From: Antedon mediterranea
Lineage: Eukaryota; Animalia; Echinodermata
Direction: 5' to 3'
Assembly (NCBI RefSeq): GCF_964355755.1
Contig: NC_092679.1
Coordinates: 28,001 to 92,000, forward strand
DNA length: 64,000 nt
The notes beneath the pieces were generated by a model. It was not told where the DNA came from, ran no database searches, and saw nothing but the letters and a program-made list of their open reading frames with translations. A program made the translations under genes and the position numbers. The number at the start of each line of letters is the position of its first letter. Position 1 is the stretch's first letter. Shown here one piece after another: positions 51,616 through 63,779 of the stretch.

Positions 51616-53432
51616 GTAATATCAAGTCACCACCAGCAAATCTCAAACTTGAGTTGATCGGGCCTCTAAAACATGATTATTATATTATCTAGTAGGCCTA
51701 GCCCTCTAGCTACTAATTGTTCAATCTTTTAAAAACTTATATCACTCTTGCCGTGCTTACAATCACACAAACGTAGCCACTGATACCCACAGCATTGTCA
51801 TTTTTCAGTATTTTGCCTTTAGATTATTATTATTATTATTATAATTTTAATATATAAAAACTCCCTGGCTGTTCCTACTTCTACTAACTCAACTAGGGCC
51901 AGGCCTACTACTACTAATACTACTAGTAAGAACCTCTAACTAGTAGGAATACAGGACAGGGCCATGGACCTAGCTAGCAGGAATAGCCTAGTCTTCTAGG
52001 CCTGGCCTCCCCATCAATCATCATAGTAGCAGTATAAATAGGCCTGGCCCTACTGCTACTAGCTCAGCCTACTACTAGATAGTAGGCTGCCGCCGCAGGA
52101 TAAGCCTCCTCCTAGTCCTACTCTCTAGGGATTAGGCCAAGTTGAGTTGGTCATATGCCCTCTCTAGTAGTCCGTCTACTACTACTACTACAGAGCGCCT
52201 AGCCTACCTACAGCTAGCCTAGGCCTAGGCCCTAGGCTAGTAGTAGGCTAGGCCTAGCCTACCTAGCTCCTAGGCTTAGCCCTCCTAGACCTAGGCAAAC
52301 TTAATGATGGTAACATTAAAATACCAGTCATACCTTTTAATACTGGGTTTATAGGGATCTAGCTAGGCCTAGAGCATTGTAAGATGAAAACAATTTAAAA
52401 AAACAAATTTTGTGTTTAGGAATTATTGTTGTTGTCTCCTCCTTGTTTGTTTGATGATTTAATTACTCCTCTTTATCTTATATAGCGCGTGATGGCGCTA
52501 TATATACGATCTTCGATTTTCACGCCGCTACGTCCTATGAGGAATACTCATTCAGAAGCTAAAGCAAGCAGCAGTTATAGCATGGAGGTATGTTATAGTA
52601 TCTAAGGCCGAGAGTTTTGCGACTTTGTAAACTCGACTATAATGTATAGATCCAACAAGCTGCTGGACCCAAAAAAAAAACGTCTGGGAAAAGAGAGTCT
52701 ATGAGGGCTCACGGTTGAACGATTTTGGATTCTCGCCCTTTGATTGGTTGACACGAATCAACAGACTGGTGGGAAGAATTCTCACTTGTACCGCCGTGAA
52801 GTAAGTCACGTTGTCGCCAGAGGGTATTCAGTTGCATGCCTCAGGTTGAGTAAAGTTCAAAATTGACCATTTTTAAATGAACATGTGAATTGTATGTATT
52901 TTTGCGATTAAAGGACATCTTTTTAATTATTAATCATAAATATATCTGAAGAAAGAACAATGATTAATTTTAAAATATCGAGCAGCGTTTTTTGTAAGAA
53001 ATATTTCTTGTTTATGTTGTTGCAATTGTGTTTCGCTCTGTGTCGTTCGCTAATTCACTTCCAAAAACTTATTTTATAGGCCTATTACATTGTCAAACTT
53101 TAAATAAAATTACAGTACTTTTTACCTTTCAGGTAATGAACACTGGACTGAAGTTTTCCTCGATGTACATAATTGTCCAGTTAAAGCAAAATGAAGATTA
53201 ATAAAATTTTTAATCAAAAAATGATTCTCGATCAGAATTCATTTTTTGGTCAAAGTGAATAAGTTTTATTATAGGTTACTACTCGACAAAATAAAAGTTG
53301 GTTTTCAGTAAGACATTTATTAATTTATTTTCGATGACGTACAATATTTATAAGTACAGCTGACAGTAGAATCTATGGCAAGGTAAAGTAAACAAAAACA
53401 AATTGTGTATATTGAATAATACAAGTAATAAT

Positions 53433-54909
53433 TTATTCCACGGGAATAGAATTAATTATGCATGTTTCATATGGCTTCCCTAAAGGCATTGTCCTTTGTA
53501 TATGAAATTGTTCATTTTCGTCGTCGTTATCTTCTTCTGACAGTGCATGTGATTCGTCGTAACGGCAACGTTGGTTATTGAATTCCTGTACGTTTTTGAT
53601 CTTTGTTAACCAAATGTTGAGTTCATTTTGTCCCGTTTCATCGCCGCATCTTTGTAGCCTATCACCTCTTTCAATAACGTGACAAGTTCTTGACATGTCT
53701 TCTAGTTTATGACGCTGTTGTTTTCTCCATTTAGCCCGTCTGTTTTTAAACCAAACCTGATATGATTAAAAACATAATTTATAAGAAAGGTAGGCGGTAG
53801 GCCGAAGTTTAAAAAACATATTCTAAAGGTTTAACAAAACACTTTAAGATAAGGACGATATAAACAGAACGATACAGGCACGTCTGCCAGGTCTAAATTT
53901 CACAATATTAAGTAATTAAAAACAGACTAAAAGTACCCATTGAGTGACTGAGGTTTAGGAACAAACTTTATATAAGCGAAAACTGTTTATTATGAGATAT
54001 AATAATAAATTGTATTGTTCCAATCAGTTTTATATTAGGCTATTTTTTTTGTAAACAGAATTTAGAATTGAACAGAAGCCTTATTAAAATCTATAAAATG
54101 GAATTAAGTCCGAAATAGATCTGTGATTATAACGATTGTACATCACTTTCTTGAAAAAAGGGTGAGGAGGCACGTGCACGTGACTGGTCTCCTTTCTTCC
54201 CGATTTTCTTAATGATATTTCTAATAATATCTGGATGCCTTCCTTTCTCCCTCTCCCCTCTCTCCCCACAATTGTTTTTCAAAACTTGCCTCAACTCTTT
54301 CTTCTTTAAGTTTTATTTGCACAGCCAATTCTTCTCTCTTTACGACATCAGGGTAGTGAGTTTTATCAAATGTTTCTTCAAGTTGTTCTAGTTGTTGTTC
54401 TGTAAATATGGTTCTGTGCCGCCGACGCTTCCTCTTGTACATACGGCTTGTGATCTCATTTGGTATACAGTAACCGGCAAAGGGTGAATAAGCTTTAAGG
54501 AGAATAAGTTAGTTTTACGTAAAATAAATTCAACCTCGGATTACTCTATTTTAATTATCAAAAAAATTCATAAACATCAAATCATAATTATGTGGTTGAT
54601 ATTCTCGATTTTGTGAATCCATGGTTTTATTGTTTAGATTTGTAAATGTTAATTAGGCCTATAAAGTCAATATTTAAAAAAAAACATGTTGAACTTACCC
54701 ATGTGGTATTCAGAAGGTGATGAAGAAGAAGGGCTCGTCGCGGGTGCGTAGGGGTTAGGTAATGCATGGTAAGCGAATGATCTAGGTGATAGGATACTAT
54801 CTATTGTAAATGATGGTAAAGTATGCGAACTCATTGAAACTGGATAAAATCCGCCATGCTGCGCTGGAGAAAATCGAAAACCCGAGGCCATTCTTCGTGC
54901 GTCCTGCAT
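53433..54909 (-). CDS. GSC: Homeobox protein goosecoid (PRD class, K50), ~245 aa
   Basis: Exons 54909-54699, 54492-54290 (GC donor) and 53756-53433; eh1 motif FTIDSIL; homeodomain [47 protein letters not shown]|[12 protein letters not shown]. Confidence 0.96.
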
Positions 54910-57393
54910 TATCGTAATGTTATAAATTAAGATCTTGACAGAAATCTTGAGCAGGATGATATAACGTTACATACTGAAATTCAGTGTGATTTAGATTTAT
55001 TTTGTATCGTGATGTTGACTTTGAAGACAACCTGTGAAATGACTGCCGTTTTTTGATTGGTCGAATTCTTCTGTAAATACCAAAGTAATCTGTGAAATCG
55101 TATTGTTATAAAATTAAGCTGATCATCTCAACCCATTAACAGAAAAGATAATCCCCTTTTAACACAAGATGATTGAAAGGGGACGTTTCTTGATTATCCT
55201 TTGTCAGGTAAAGTGAGGTAAATTAACGAATTGTTTAGCCAAAACGAACAATTGTGACAGTAACTTTTTATATGAAGGCCTAATAGCAACATGTTAAAGG
55301 TGGTTGTTTTTGTTTTATTATTGTAAAACTGAATGTTTCATGATATGACCAGCAGTCCGTGTGCGTCATAGAGATTGGCCATGTTGGTATCTTAATCATC
55401 CACATAGATTGTAAAACGTTTTGTTTTTAAAGTGCTAATTATGTTAACGTTCCACGGTAGCGTGATTAGGTTTACAATCCACGATAAGAAGTAGGCGACG
55501 TAGCAACTAAAAGCTCACCTGACATAACGTGTTTCGTCTTTCCCAAACACGCACAAAACAAATTCCCTGTACAAATAAAACCTGAAGCGATTTTATTGGA
55601 CAAAATTAGCATGGCATTCAAAGATACCGTATCAGTAATTTATATAATAATAATTATAACATATAAGAGTACAATTCGTATTATAAATAATTTTTGGTGA
55701 AGGATCATATTTATATAATTAACTAAAGAATTCTTAAAAGTATATAAGTCTAGGCCTATAGTTTAAATAATGTATACATGTTGACGTAGACCTAATTCTA
55801 AAGGGGCTTAAGCTGTGATAATTCCTAATGTTAAAGCATAATCTCATGATAGTACCGCAAATAGGCCGCAGTTTTCGGGAACAAAAAGGCAGATTACAAA
55901 AAGTGTAAGAAGTTGTTTGTGATACCCACTAAATCGTTTTAAACACCTTCTTACAATAAAGCAATTTGCACACATTATTCAAATTTATAATCAATAATAC
56001 GTACTATAGTATACTTTAGGCCTAAATGATAAGTGCTTAGCCTACATTTACTTGTATTTTTTATATTTTAATTATTCCGTGGACTGTTTTTTTTAATGTT
56101 TAAGTTTTATTTTCAGTAAAACATAAAAAGGGAGGGGTGAGAAGAGACTAAACTGCAAAAGACAATTCTATCGCGATAACGAATTATTTGCATAGAAGAA
56201 AAACAATCTCCAGGACGACGTTCAATTCGATTAAAACCAGGAAATGTTACACTTTGGTGGAGGGTCATCCAGGTCAATCAAAGTCCTGTGTTCGACCGTG
56301 CGATTACCTGTAACATAAATGCACTGTATTAGTACTAATGATACTATATAGGCCTACAGATATCCAGGATGAACCTAGGCTGTCACTAATAAATACAAGT
56401 CATAATGGTTAATACTAATATTGTCATAATTAGCCTAAATACAAAAAAACATAAAAAGTGAATACAGTGATAGTTGTTTTAGGCCGATGTTTCCCCCACC
56501 CCCGTTATCGTCGAATTACTATGATAGAATACTGATCTCTTAACTCCCGAACTTAAGCTTTCGTTATTAAATTCAGGTACAAATAGCCTTTTGCAATTCA
56601 GACGTCGTTTGTGTGAAATGTGATTATAATTAAAGAATTTCTTTTTAAAATGTGTTAAGTGATTCTTCAGAAACAAACACATTGTTATATACATTTATTT
56701 AATGATTTGAATAGGAATCTCATTAGCTAAAAACAATCAGATTACCGATGCAATGAACAATTGAAAAACTACTGTAATGAAACCTGGATCTAAACCAGAT
56801 TCAATTTAAAAGGATGATGGTCATGATAAACAGGTTAGACAGTTTTTTAGACCTGATCTCTGAAAAGAGGAAGTAAAATAAATATCACATTGTTATTCTG
56901 TCCAACCTGGAGTTCTTAGGATATTGATGTCGAAGAGATTTCTTTTTATATGTTTAATATTATGCAATTCTTTTCAATAATTTGTTTCAGATGTATATCA
57001 ATGTAATTTACCTACTGTACTTTGCATTAGAGCACATGCGGTTGATGGTGCAGCAGTGATATCATGTGAATGCGCTTCTGTGGAGCAAGTGTCAAACGAG
57101 TACCTTGTGCGTTGGTGGTTGCTACGATCACTGGAGCTAAAATAATTATTGTGTAATTATATGAGTACACACGTACAAATGAATTGGGTTGGCTTTCACA
57201 TGTTTGATCACTGTTACTATAGGACAAGGCGCAATTGACTACACTTTAATGTGAAATAAAATTATAAAAGTAGATGTTTCCCATGAAAGACGAACGATCG
57301 AAGTAATTAATTGTAATTTGACAGTAAATTTACTTGCGTTACTTCCCTACGTTGGTTTCATTTGCTGCGTAATAAATATTGAACTTAAATAAC

Positions 57394-57669
57394 CTACTTG
57401 ACAACCATCTTTGAATCGGTGCCACACTCAATACACTGATTTAAAGTCTTTGCTTGTCTCATTTCATACTTAGATAACTGTAGATCTAGCAGTTGTATAT
57501 ATCTAACAGCTCCCCTTAAGATATCCAATTTAGTACCATTTCCAATGAAATCTTGCGGCAAGACATTACTTAATCTCGTGTACGCATCATTGACCAATAG
57601 TAAACGTTTTCTCTCGCGCGCAGTGGCACTCTCTCGAACGCGTCTTAAACGTTGCTCAAACGGATCCAT
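57394..57669 (-). CDS. Small group-A bHLH transcription factor (91 aa; possibly spliced from 57398 to exon 57216-57027, giving ~153 aa)
   Basis: RESATARERKRLLLVNDAYTRLSNVLP..TKLDILRGAVRYIQLL is a complete basic-helix-loop-helix; subfamily not resolved. Confidence 0.8.
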   Translation of the reverse strand: MDPFEQRLRRVRESATARERKRLLLVNDAYTRLSNVLPQDFIGNGTKLDILRGAVRYIQLLDLQLSKYEMRQAKTLNQCIECGTDSKMVVK

Positions 57670-58239
57670 TTTGTTAGTTTAACACAAAATACAAAACTAA
57701 TACTGGTAATACAGTCTTGAATTGCTTTTTAATGACACTGATATATCTTAGGAAGGGTCAATGGTAAGTGTTGGTGCAATGCCATAACAAAAAAAAACAT
57801 GAAATAGTAGTCCTGTAGTATCTGTAACTATGAAATCAACACCCTGTATCACAGAATACTTATATAAACGAGGGTTATTAATACAAGTATATGCTACATC
57901 AGGAAGAATGTTAGCGCAAACAAAATATAAATGATTATTGGAATAACACCTTATTATCTATAAGCCCATTCACAAATACAATATGATATGAAGTTGTTAC
58001 TACTTTACCCAACATGATTACAATATTCAAGAAAGACGATTCTAATTAACGAGTTAAGGGAATAAGTGGACCCTAAATATATTTGAAGTTCATTTGAAAT
58101 AGTTTATACCAAATGCATTGACAGATTGACTCGAATATCATTGCGTCCTCTGATAAGATAATATGTGTATGGGTTAGTTACAATGAATTACTTTCAAATG
58201 ACTTTCATGATAAAACACTACGTTCGACGGTAATGATTA

Positions 58240-59100
58240 ATTGACAATGATAACATGGCTCGCTCTTCATTATTTACCCACCGTATAACGACGCCCGTCC
58301 GTTTGGAATATGAGGGGTGAAGGGGGATATAGGTGGTGAGGGTAAGGGATGAATTGGCAATGATAACATGACTCGCTCTTCATTAATTACCCACCGTATA
58401 ACGACGCCTGTCCGTTTGGAATATGAGGGGTGAAGGGGATATAGGTGGTGAGGGTAAGGGATGAATTGGCAATGATAACATGGCTCGCTCTTCATTAATA
58501 ACCCACCGTATAACGACGCCCGTCCGTTTGGAATATGAGGGGTGAAGGGGGATATAGGTGGTGAGGGTAAGGGATGAATTGGCAATGATAACATGACTCG
58601 CTCTTCATTAATTACCCACCGTATAACGACGCCTGTCCGTTTGGAATATGAGGGGTGAAGGGGATATAGGTGGTGAGGGTAAGGGATGAATTGGCAATGA
58701 TAACATGGCTCGCTCTTCATTAATTACCCACCGTATAACGACGCCCGTCCGTTTGGAATATGAGGGGTGAAGGGGATATAGGTGGTGAGGGTAAGGGATG
58801 AATTGGCAATGATAACATGACTCGCTCTTCATTATTTACTCACTGTATAACGACGCTTGTCCGTTTGGAATATGAGGGGTGAAGGGGATATAGGTGGTGA
58901 GGGTAAGGGATGAATTGGCAATGATAACATGGCTCGCTCTTCATTAATTACCCACCGTATAACGACGCCCGTCCGTTTGGAATATGAGGGGTGAAGTGGG
59001 GTATAGGTGGTTAGGGTAAGGAATGAATTGGCAATGATAACATGGCTCGCTCTTCATTATTTATAACGACGCCCGTCCGTTTGGAATCATGAGGGGTGAA
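58240..59100. repeat. 112/113-bp tandem repeat, ~7.5 copies, G-rich plus strand
   Basis: ATTGGCAATGATAACATGGCTCGCTCTTC...GAGGGGTGAAGGGGATATAGGTGGTGAGGGTAAGGGATGA. Confidence 0.95.
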
Positions 59101-60091
59101 GGAGTGGGAGGTGGTGTTGTTTAGGTGGTTTGTGTTAGGGAGGAATAAAGTTATACCGTGCTGAACATTCTTTTTGCAAGTATAGGTATATACCAATGCA
59201 ATGCAATGCAGGAAAATTCATTGCATTTTGTATTCGCTCAGTAGCGGTTAATTTTCATTGTTTCTATCTTGGTTAAGATACTAAAATTTAAACAAAACAA
59301 GTGAATCATGGCTATGCTTGAAGCCACTTTATAATCAGCAATATGAATACACAGACATAGCAAAGATAGTATGCGAGATGAATTTCTATTGATACCCACT
59401 TAACACCTGCATGAACGGAAATAAGTAAAATCACAGATAAACAGGAGGCCGATGTTAAATACGAGGAGTCATAGTCGGGGGATGAGACAGGTACTTTTGT
59501 ATATCAACCAACATGAGCAACGACTTCTGCAACGATGGTGTGTGGCAACAAGATACAAATTGTTATAAATTGGATTTTGTTGCTGTTGTGTTTGTTATCC
59601 ACCCTTTCTACAATCACCATGATAATTATTAAACTGTGTCCAATACTCGATTAAACATTAGCATAAAATCATTTTTACCAGATAATATCGACACTTAATG
59701 TTAGTTTTGACGAGGTTCACGGACTGTGATCAGCTCGTCCGCACACCTTATTAATTTTCAACAATAAACTCTGAATTTCTTTCTGCATTCAATATTGTTG
59801 AATAGTGCGATTTTATTAATTGTTGGTTTTCATTCATAAACATAAGTGAACCAGCTGTAATCGTCTCACGCATGCGTGATATTCACTCGTGAAAATACGA
59901 TCGTATGCTTAATAAAACAGAGGTGGCATATTTTCAACAAATTATTATCTAGTGCTATTTATGCGTGTATAGTTTATTCAATCGATGCTTACTTCATTCT
60001 CTACTCGCTGTTGGTTCATATTAAACCAACTGTTGAAAGAGGAAGCAGTTTGGATTTTTTAAAGTTCTTTTTCCTCTTTTAATAAAAAAAA

Positions 60092-61090
60092 ATGGGATTT
60101 TCTGTCCATCGATTTGTATCTCAACCTGATGCTAACTTATGCTGTGGCATTTGTGCAGGTATATTAGAAGATGCAGTAGTAACACGATGTGGGCATTGCT
60201 TTTGCCAGTTATGTTTAAGTACATGGCTAGAGCGACCTGGTGCCGGGGCGTGTCCCCAGTGCCGCTCTTCCATGAGTGCCGGTGAAGCAAGTGCTGTATG
60301 GTCAATACGTGGTTTAGTAAACAATATGTGTATTGAATGTGATTATCATGAGAAAGGTTGTCAACTTGTTATGAAAGTAGAAGCGATAGAAGAACACATA
60401 AAAAGGTGTGGTTATGCCCCAGTGGAATGCGCCGGATGCGGGGTCACGGTTAGTCGTCTTGCACTGCCATCTCACCAGATGAAATGTGAAGAGATAAGTG
60501 CTGTTGTATCAGGACAAATCGAAACAAGTTGTAATAAAGATAAACCGAATCAAAGGCTTGAACTCCGTCTTGCTCGCAGAGAATTAGAAATTAAACGCTT
60601 AAAGGATAATTTAGACGAATCCCTTTCTCGAAATCGTCGATATGAAAAGGAATTGTCTACAACTCGGAAAGAACTACAAAAAGTTCAAGAAGAGCTATTT
60701 TCTCGACAAAACAACGAATCAGATTTTGATTCGATATATTTATGTGGAACAACTGCTGAATCAATTGCTCAATTATCTGTTTTAATTGCTCGCAATTTAC
60801 TGAGTAAACCAGACTCAATCGAAGCAGACGCTGTTTTTACTGCCATTAAAAGATGTTATGATCGGTTTGCTAGATGTGGTTTAGATTATGAACACGATGT
60901 ACACATGTTGTTATCAACTGCTTATGCCAGTGATTGGTTTAACGATCAACACAGAGTTAGCTTTCATTGTTGGCTACAGAGTATAGCAAGATATCGACGG
61001 TTTGCAGCTCTTGGTGGAGAGGGGGTTGGAAAGCGAACCGTCAGACCTGCTACTGTCACACTTAGTACGTCAATCAGACAAACATGGTAG
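60092..61090 (+). CDS. Intronless RING (C3HC4) + SIAH/TRAF-type zinc finger + coiled-coil E3 ligase (RNF41/RNF151/PDZRN3-like N terminus), 332 aa
   Basis: MGFSVHRF..CGIC..CGHCFCQLC..CPQCR; CDYHEKGC..HIKRC; CAGC..HQMKC; coiled coil ELEIKRLKDNLDE..; AAAAATGG start context. Confidence 0.9.
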   Translation: MGFSVHRFVSQPDANLCCGICAGILEDAVVTRCGHCFCQLCLSTWLERPGAGACPQCRSSMSAGEASAVWSIRGLVNNMCIECDYHEKGCQLVMKVEAIEEHIKRCGYAPVECAGCGVTVSRLALPSHQMKCEEISAVVSGQIETSCNKDKPNQRLELRLARRELEIKRLKDNLDESLSRNRRYEKELSTTRKELQKVQEELFSRQNNESDFDSIYLCGTTAESIAQLSVLIARNLLSKPDSIEADAVFTAIKRCYDRFARCGLDYEHDVHMLLSTAYASDWFNDQHRVSFHCWLQSIARYRRFAALGGEGVGKRTVRPATVTLSTSIRQTW

Positions 61091-62235
61091 TAGCGATCTT
61101 TAATTTGACTATTAATTATACAATTTTTGCAATTTGGACCAATACAATTTCTTGAATCTTGAACTCATATTGTAAGCCTACATTGCCTTTCTCGATGTCT
61201 AGGCTACACTATTACTAAATGCAATTCGAAAAAGGCTTAGGGGCTGAATTTCTAAAACTCTGATGAGAGGTTAAGTAACAGATGCATGTTGTTTGACAAC
61301 ATGTGTTGATTAGAAAAGGTTGTGTGAGAAAACCAAAGCCAACGTCACCTGGTACAATTGATCAATATTTTCAATGATGCAAAAATAGCTTAAGCCCAGG
61401 AAACCAAATACGGTACAGTACTGAAAGATTGCATTTCAACATTTCAGTCTCTTTAGAAGCACTAAAGTCAAATACTGTAATGAGAATGTTAGTAAACCGC
61501 TAACGAACACATCTAGTATTGGATTTGTCCGGGTACAAGAGTTTTAATTTAATTTTGATTTTAAATTATTTTTCTCTATTTTTTTTTCGTCTGGAAAATC
61601 CTCTTAGCAATTAGGCCTAAATGGCTATCTTTTTAAAAAATATTTTGTTTCTATGTAAGTGGGGGATAAAATCGTTGAAATTATTTACCTGGTATTCTAT
61701 AAAGAATAATATTAAATATATTATAACTCTTTAGTCCAGTGCAGTTATTCATAGCTAAAGTTACCTTAAGCCAATTTTCCACTAGGCAAATCGAATACGT
61801 CAGCTTAAACGCATGCGTAGAGAGGGATTTGGAAGATGGAAACATGAATACGCATGTGTATAAAGCGGACGCTTTCAATTCGTGCGAACAAATTCGCCTA
61901 TATAGTGGAAAACTAGCTTTAGAAATATCACCTGCTTCCTTCACCTTCCAAGGCAGCATTTGTTTGCACTCCGTTACCGTGGTAACTCAATTTCATTTTT
62001 TGCAAACAGGATGTTTTAATAATAAAGTTGAATGTAAATCGATGTTATTCAATTATCTTAAATTTAATTCAACCTCATGGAGTTTCCGGTCAACGTTTTA
62101 ATAACCAATGTTGCAATTGTATACCAAAATATAGAAAAATTAGAAAAGTACATGTCTAATTAAATAGCTCTTGAAGGAAATGTTCAGCTAATTGTAGGAG
62201 ATCATCCGGGGACGCGATCTTTAATTTGCCTTTAA

Positions 62236-62554
62236 AGATGTATTGTCCCCCAAAACATGAAAAATGAAGATTAATTAAATCAGACTTTGAATATGTTATT
62301 TTGTAGTTTTAATAAAGTTAATCACTTCCATAGGAAAAAAACGAACAAAAATAATGTTTTTACTTTTATAAAATGACATAATAAATCAATGACCAAAAGT
62401 CCATTGGCTGGCAGCCAATTTGACTTTTTTGGCTTTAAATTACATTTTTTTCAGGTAAATACATTTTTTTTCGATCCAATTTTTGGTCAAAGTGGTTAAC
62501 TATTATGTTACATTAAAATAAAATATTCAACAAAAATTTTGGGACAATACATCT
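62236..62554. mobile_element. Kolobok-like MITE (319 bp), same family as 4379-6969
   Basis: TTAA|AGATGTATTGTCCCCCAAAACATGAAAAATGAAGAT...GGGACAATACATCT|TTAA. Confidence 0.85.
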
Positions 62555-62751
62555 TTAATATCATCGTCGTCATCATGTGGACGCATCCGAGATATCGAAG
62601 TCCCACAATTAGGATTTATATGGACCGAAATCAAATAATTGTTAAGGCCTAGTACCAATTCTAATAGACTTTTAATGCATAAAACTGGACACTTGCTTTG
62701 TGACATTCATGGCTGCAGAAAATTTAAGAAATCACAGTAAGAACAAAAAAG

Positions 62752-63095
62752 CAAATTTGCGTATTTTGGCAAAGCATATAGCGCCCTCAATTTGTGTATT
62801 TTGGCACGATTTGCGTATTTTGGCAAAGCATATAGCACCCTCAATTTGCGTATTTTGGCATGATTTGCGTATTTTGGCAAAGCATATAGCGCCCTCAATT
62901 TGCGTATTTTGGCACGATTTGCGTATTTTGGCAAAGCATATAGCGCCCTCAATTTGCGTATTTTGGCATGATTTGCGTATTTTGGCAAAGCATAGCGCCT
63001 TCAATTTGCGTATTTTGGCATGATTTGCGTATTTTGGCAATGCATAGCGCCCTCAATTTGCGTATTTTGGCATTTTTTTTGCGTATTTTGGCATG
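62752..63095. repeat. 54-bp tandem repeat made of 20-bp and 34-bp subunits
   Basis: ATTTGCGTATTTTGGCA occurs twice per unit. Confidence 0.92.
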
Positions 63096-63460
63096 ATGCT
63101 CACCAACCCCACTCTAAATTTTGGCTTACTCGTGTAGGCTATGTAGCTGGCAGCGTGACAAGATGTGTCTCTAGCACGATAATGCCCTTCCACATCTTTG
63201 GAGTAGGTTCCACGACATCAGGTGCCTCCTCATGATGTGTGGTGGAATAATGTGGGACGTCTGTGAACCTTGCATAGCTTTAACTTCTTCCACCACGTGA
63301 AATATATAAACTAAGGAGGGGCGAAAAAACCTCGGAAAATGCGATGCCTAAATTAGTTAATTAAAACTACTATAGTACTTCACACATGTCACGTGGGATT
63401 TTGCGGCCACTACAGAAGTATACATTTAAATTACACTAGACACATAAACGCATTACATAC

Positions 63461-63779
63461 CAATAAAAAATAACAGCTGTACTTCAGTGATGAGTAATCT
63501 GGGTCTACCTGGAAGTGAACCGTGAACAGTCTCAGGCCTATAGCCAAAAACACTTGTAGGCCTAAAAGTATTACCGTGCTGACTTTCTTTAAATATTCGA
63601 GATGCTTCAAAGATGAGTGATACAATTTCGTTTTCTATACCAAATGTCAGACAGTCCCTGCATATGCCATCAAGTATTAAATGCACAGACGGTTGAATAG
63701 CATTTTGTTGTTCAATCTCTAGCAAATCAATTACCTCAGTAAGGCGTATACGTATCCTGGTTCGATCCTCGTCGTCCAT
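63461..63779 (-). pseudogene. 5' exon of a DNA-transposon (IS3EU/integrase-type) transposase, apparently truncated
   Basis: MDDEDRTR...GSLPGRPRLLITEVQLLFFIG|GTATGT. GRPRxxIxxxQL precedes the HTH in this transposase type (recalled); no downstream exon found. Confidence 0.5.

Noticed and set aside
55050-55160. TAATC(C) K50 sites upstream of gsc (autoregulation)
   Set aside because: Short motifs expected by chance in AT-rich DNA; conservation data are needed.
61681-62101. Overlapping 92-aa and 120-aa ORFs
   Set aside because: No recognisable motif or splice structure.
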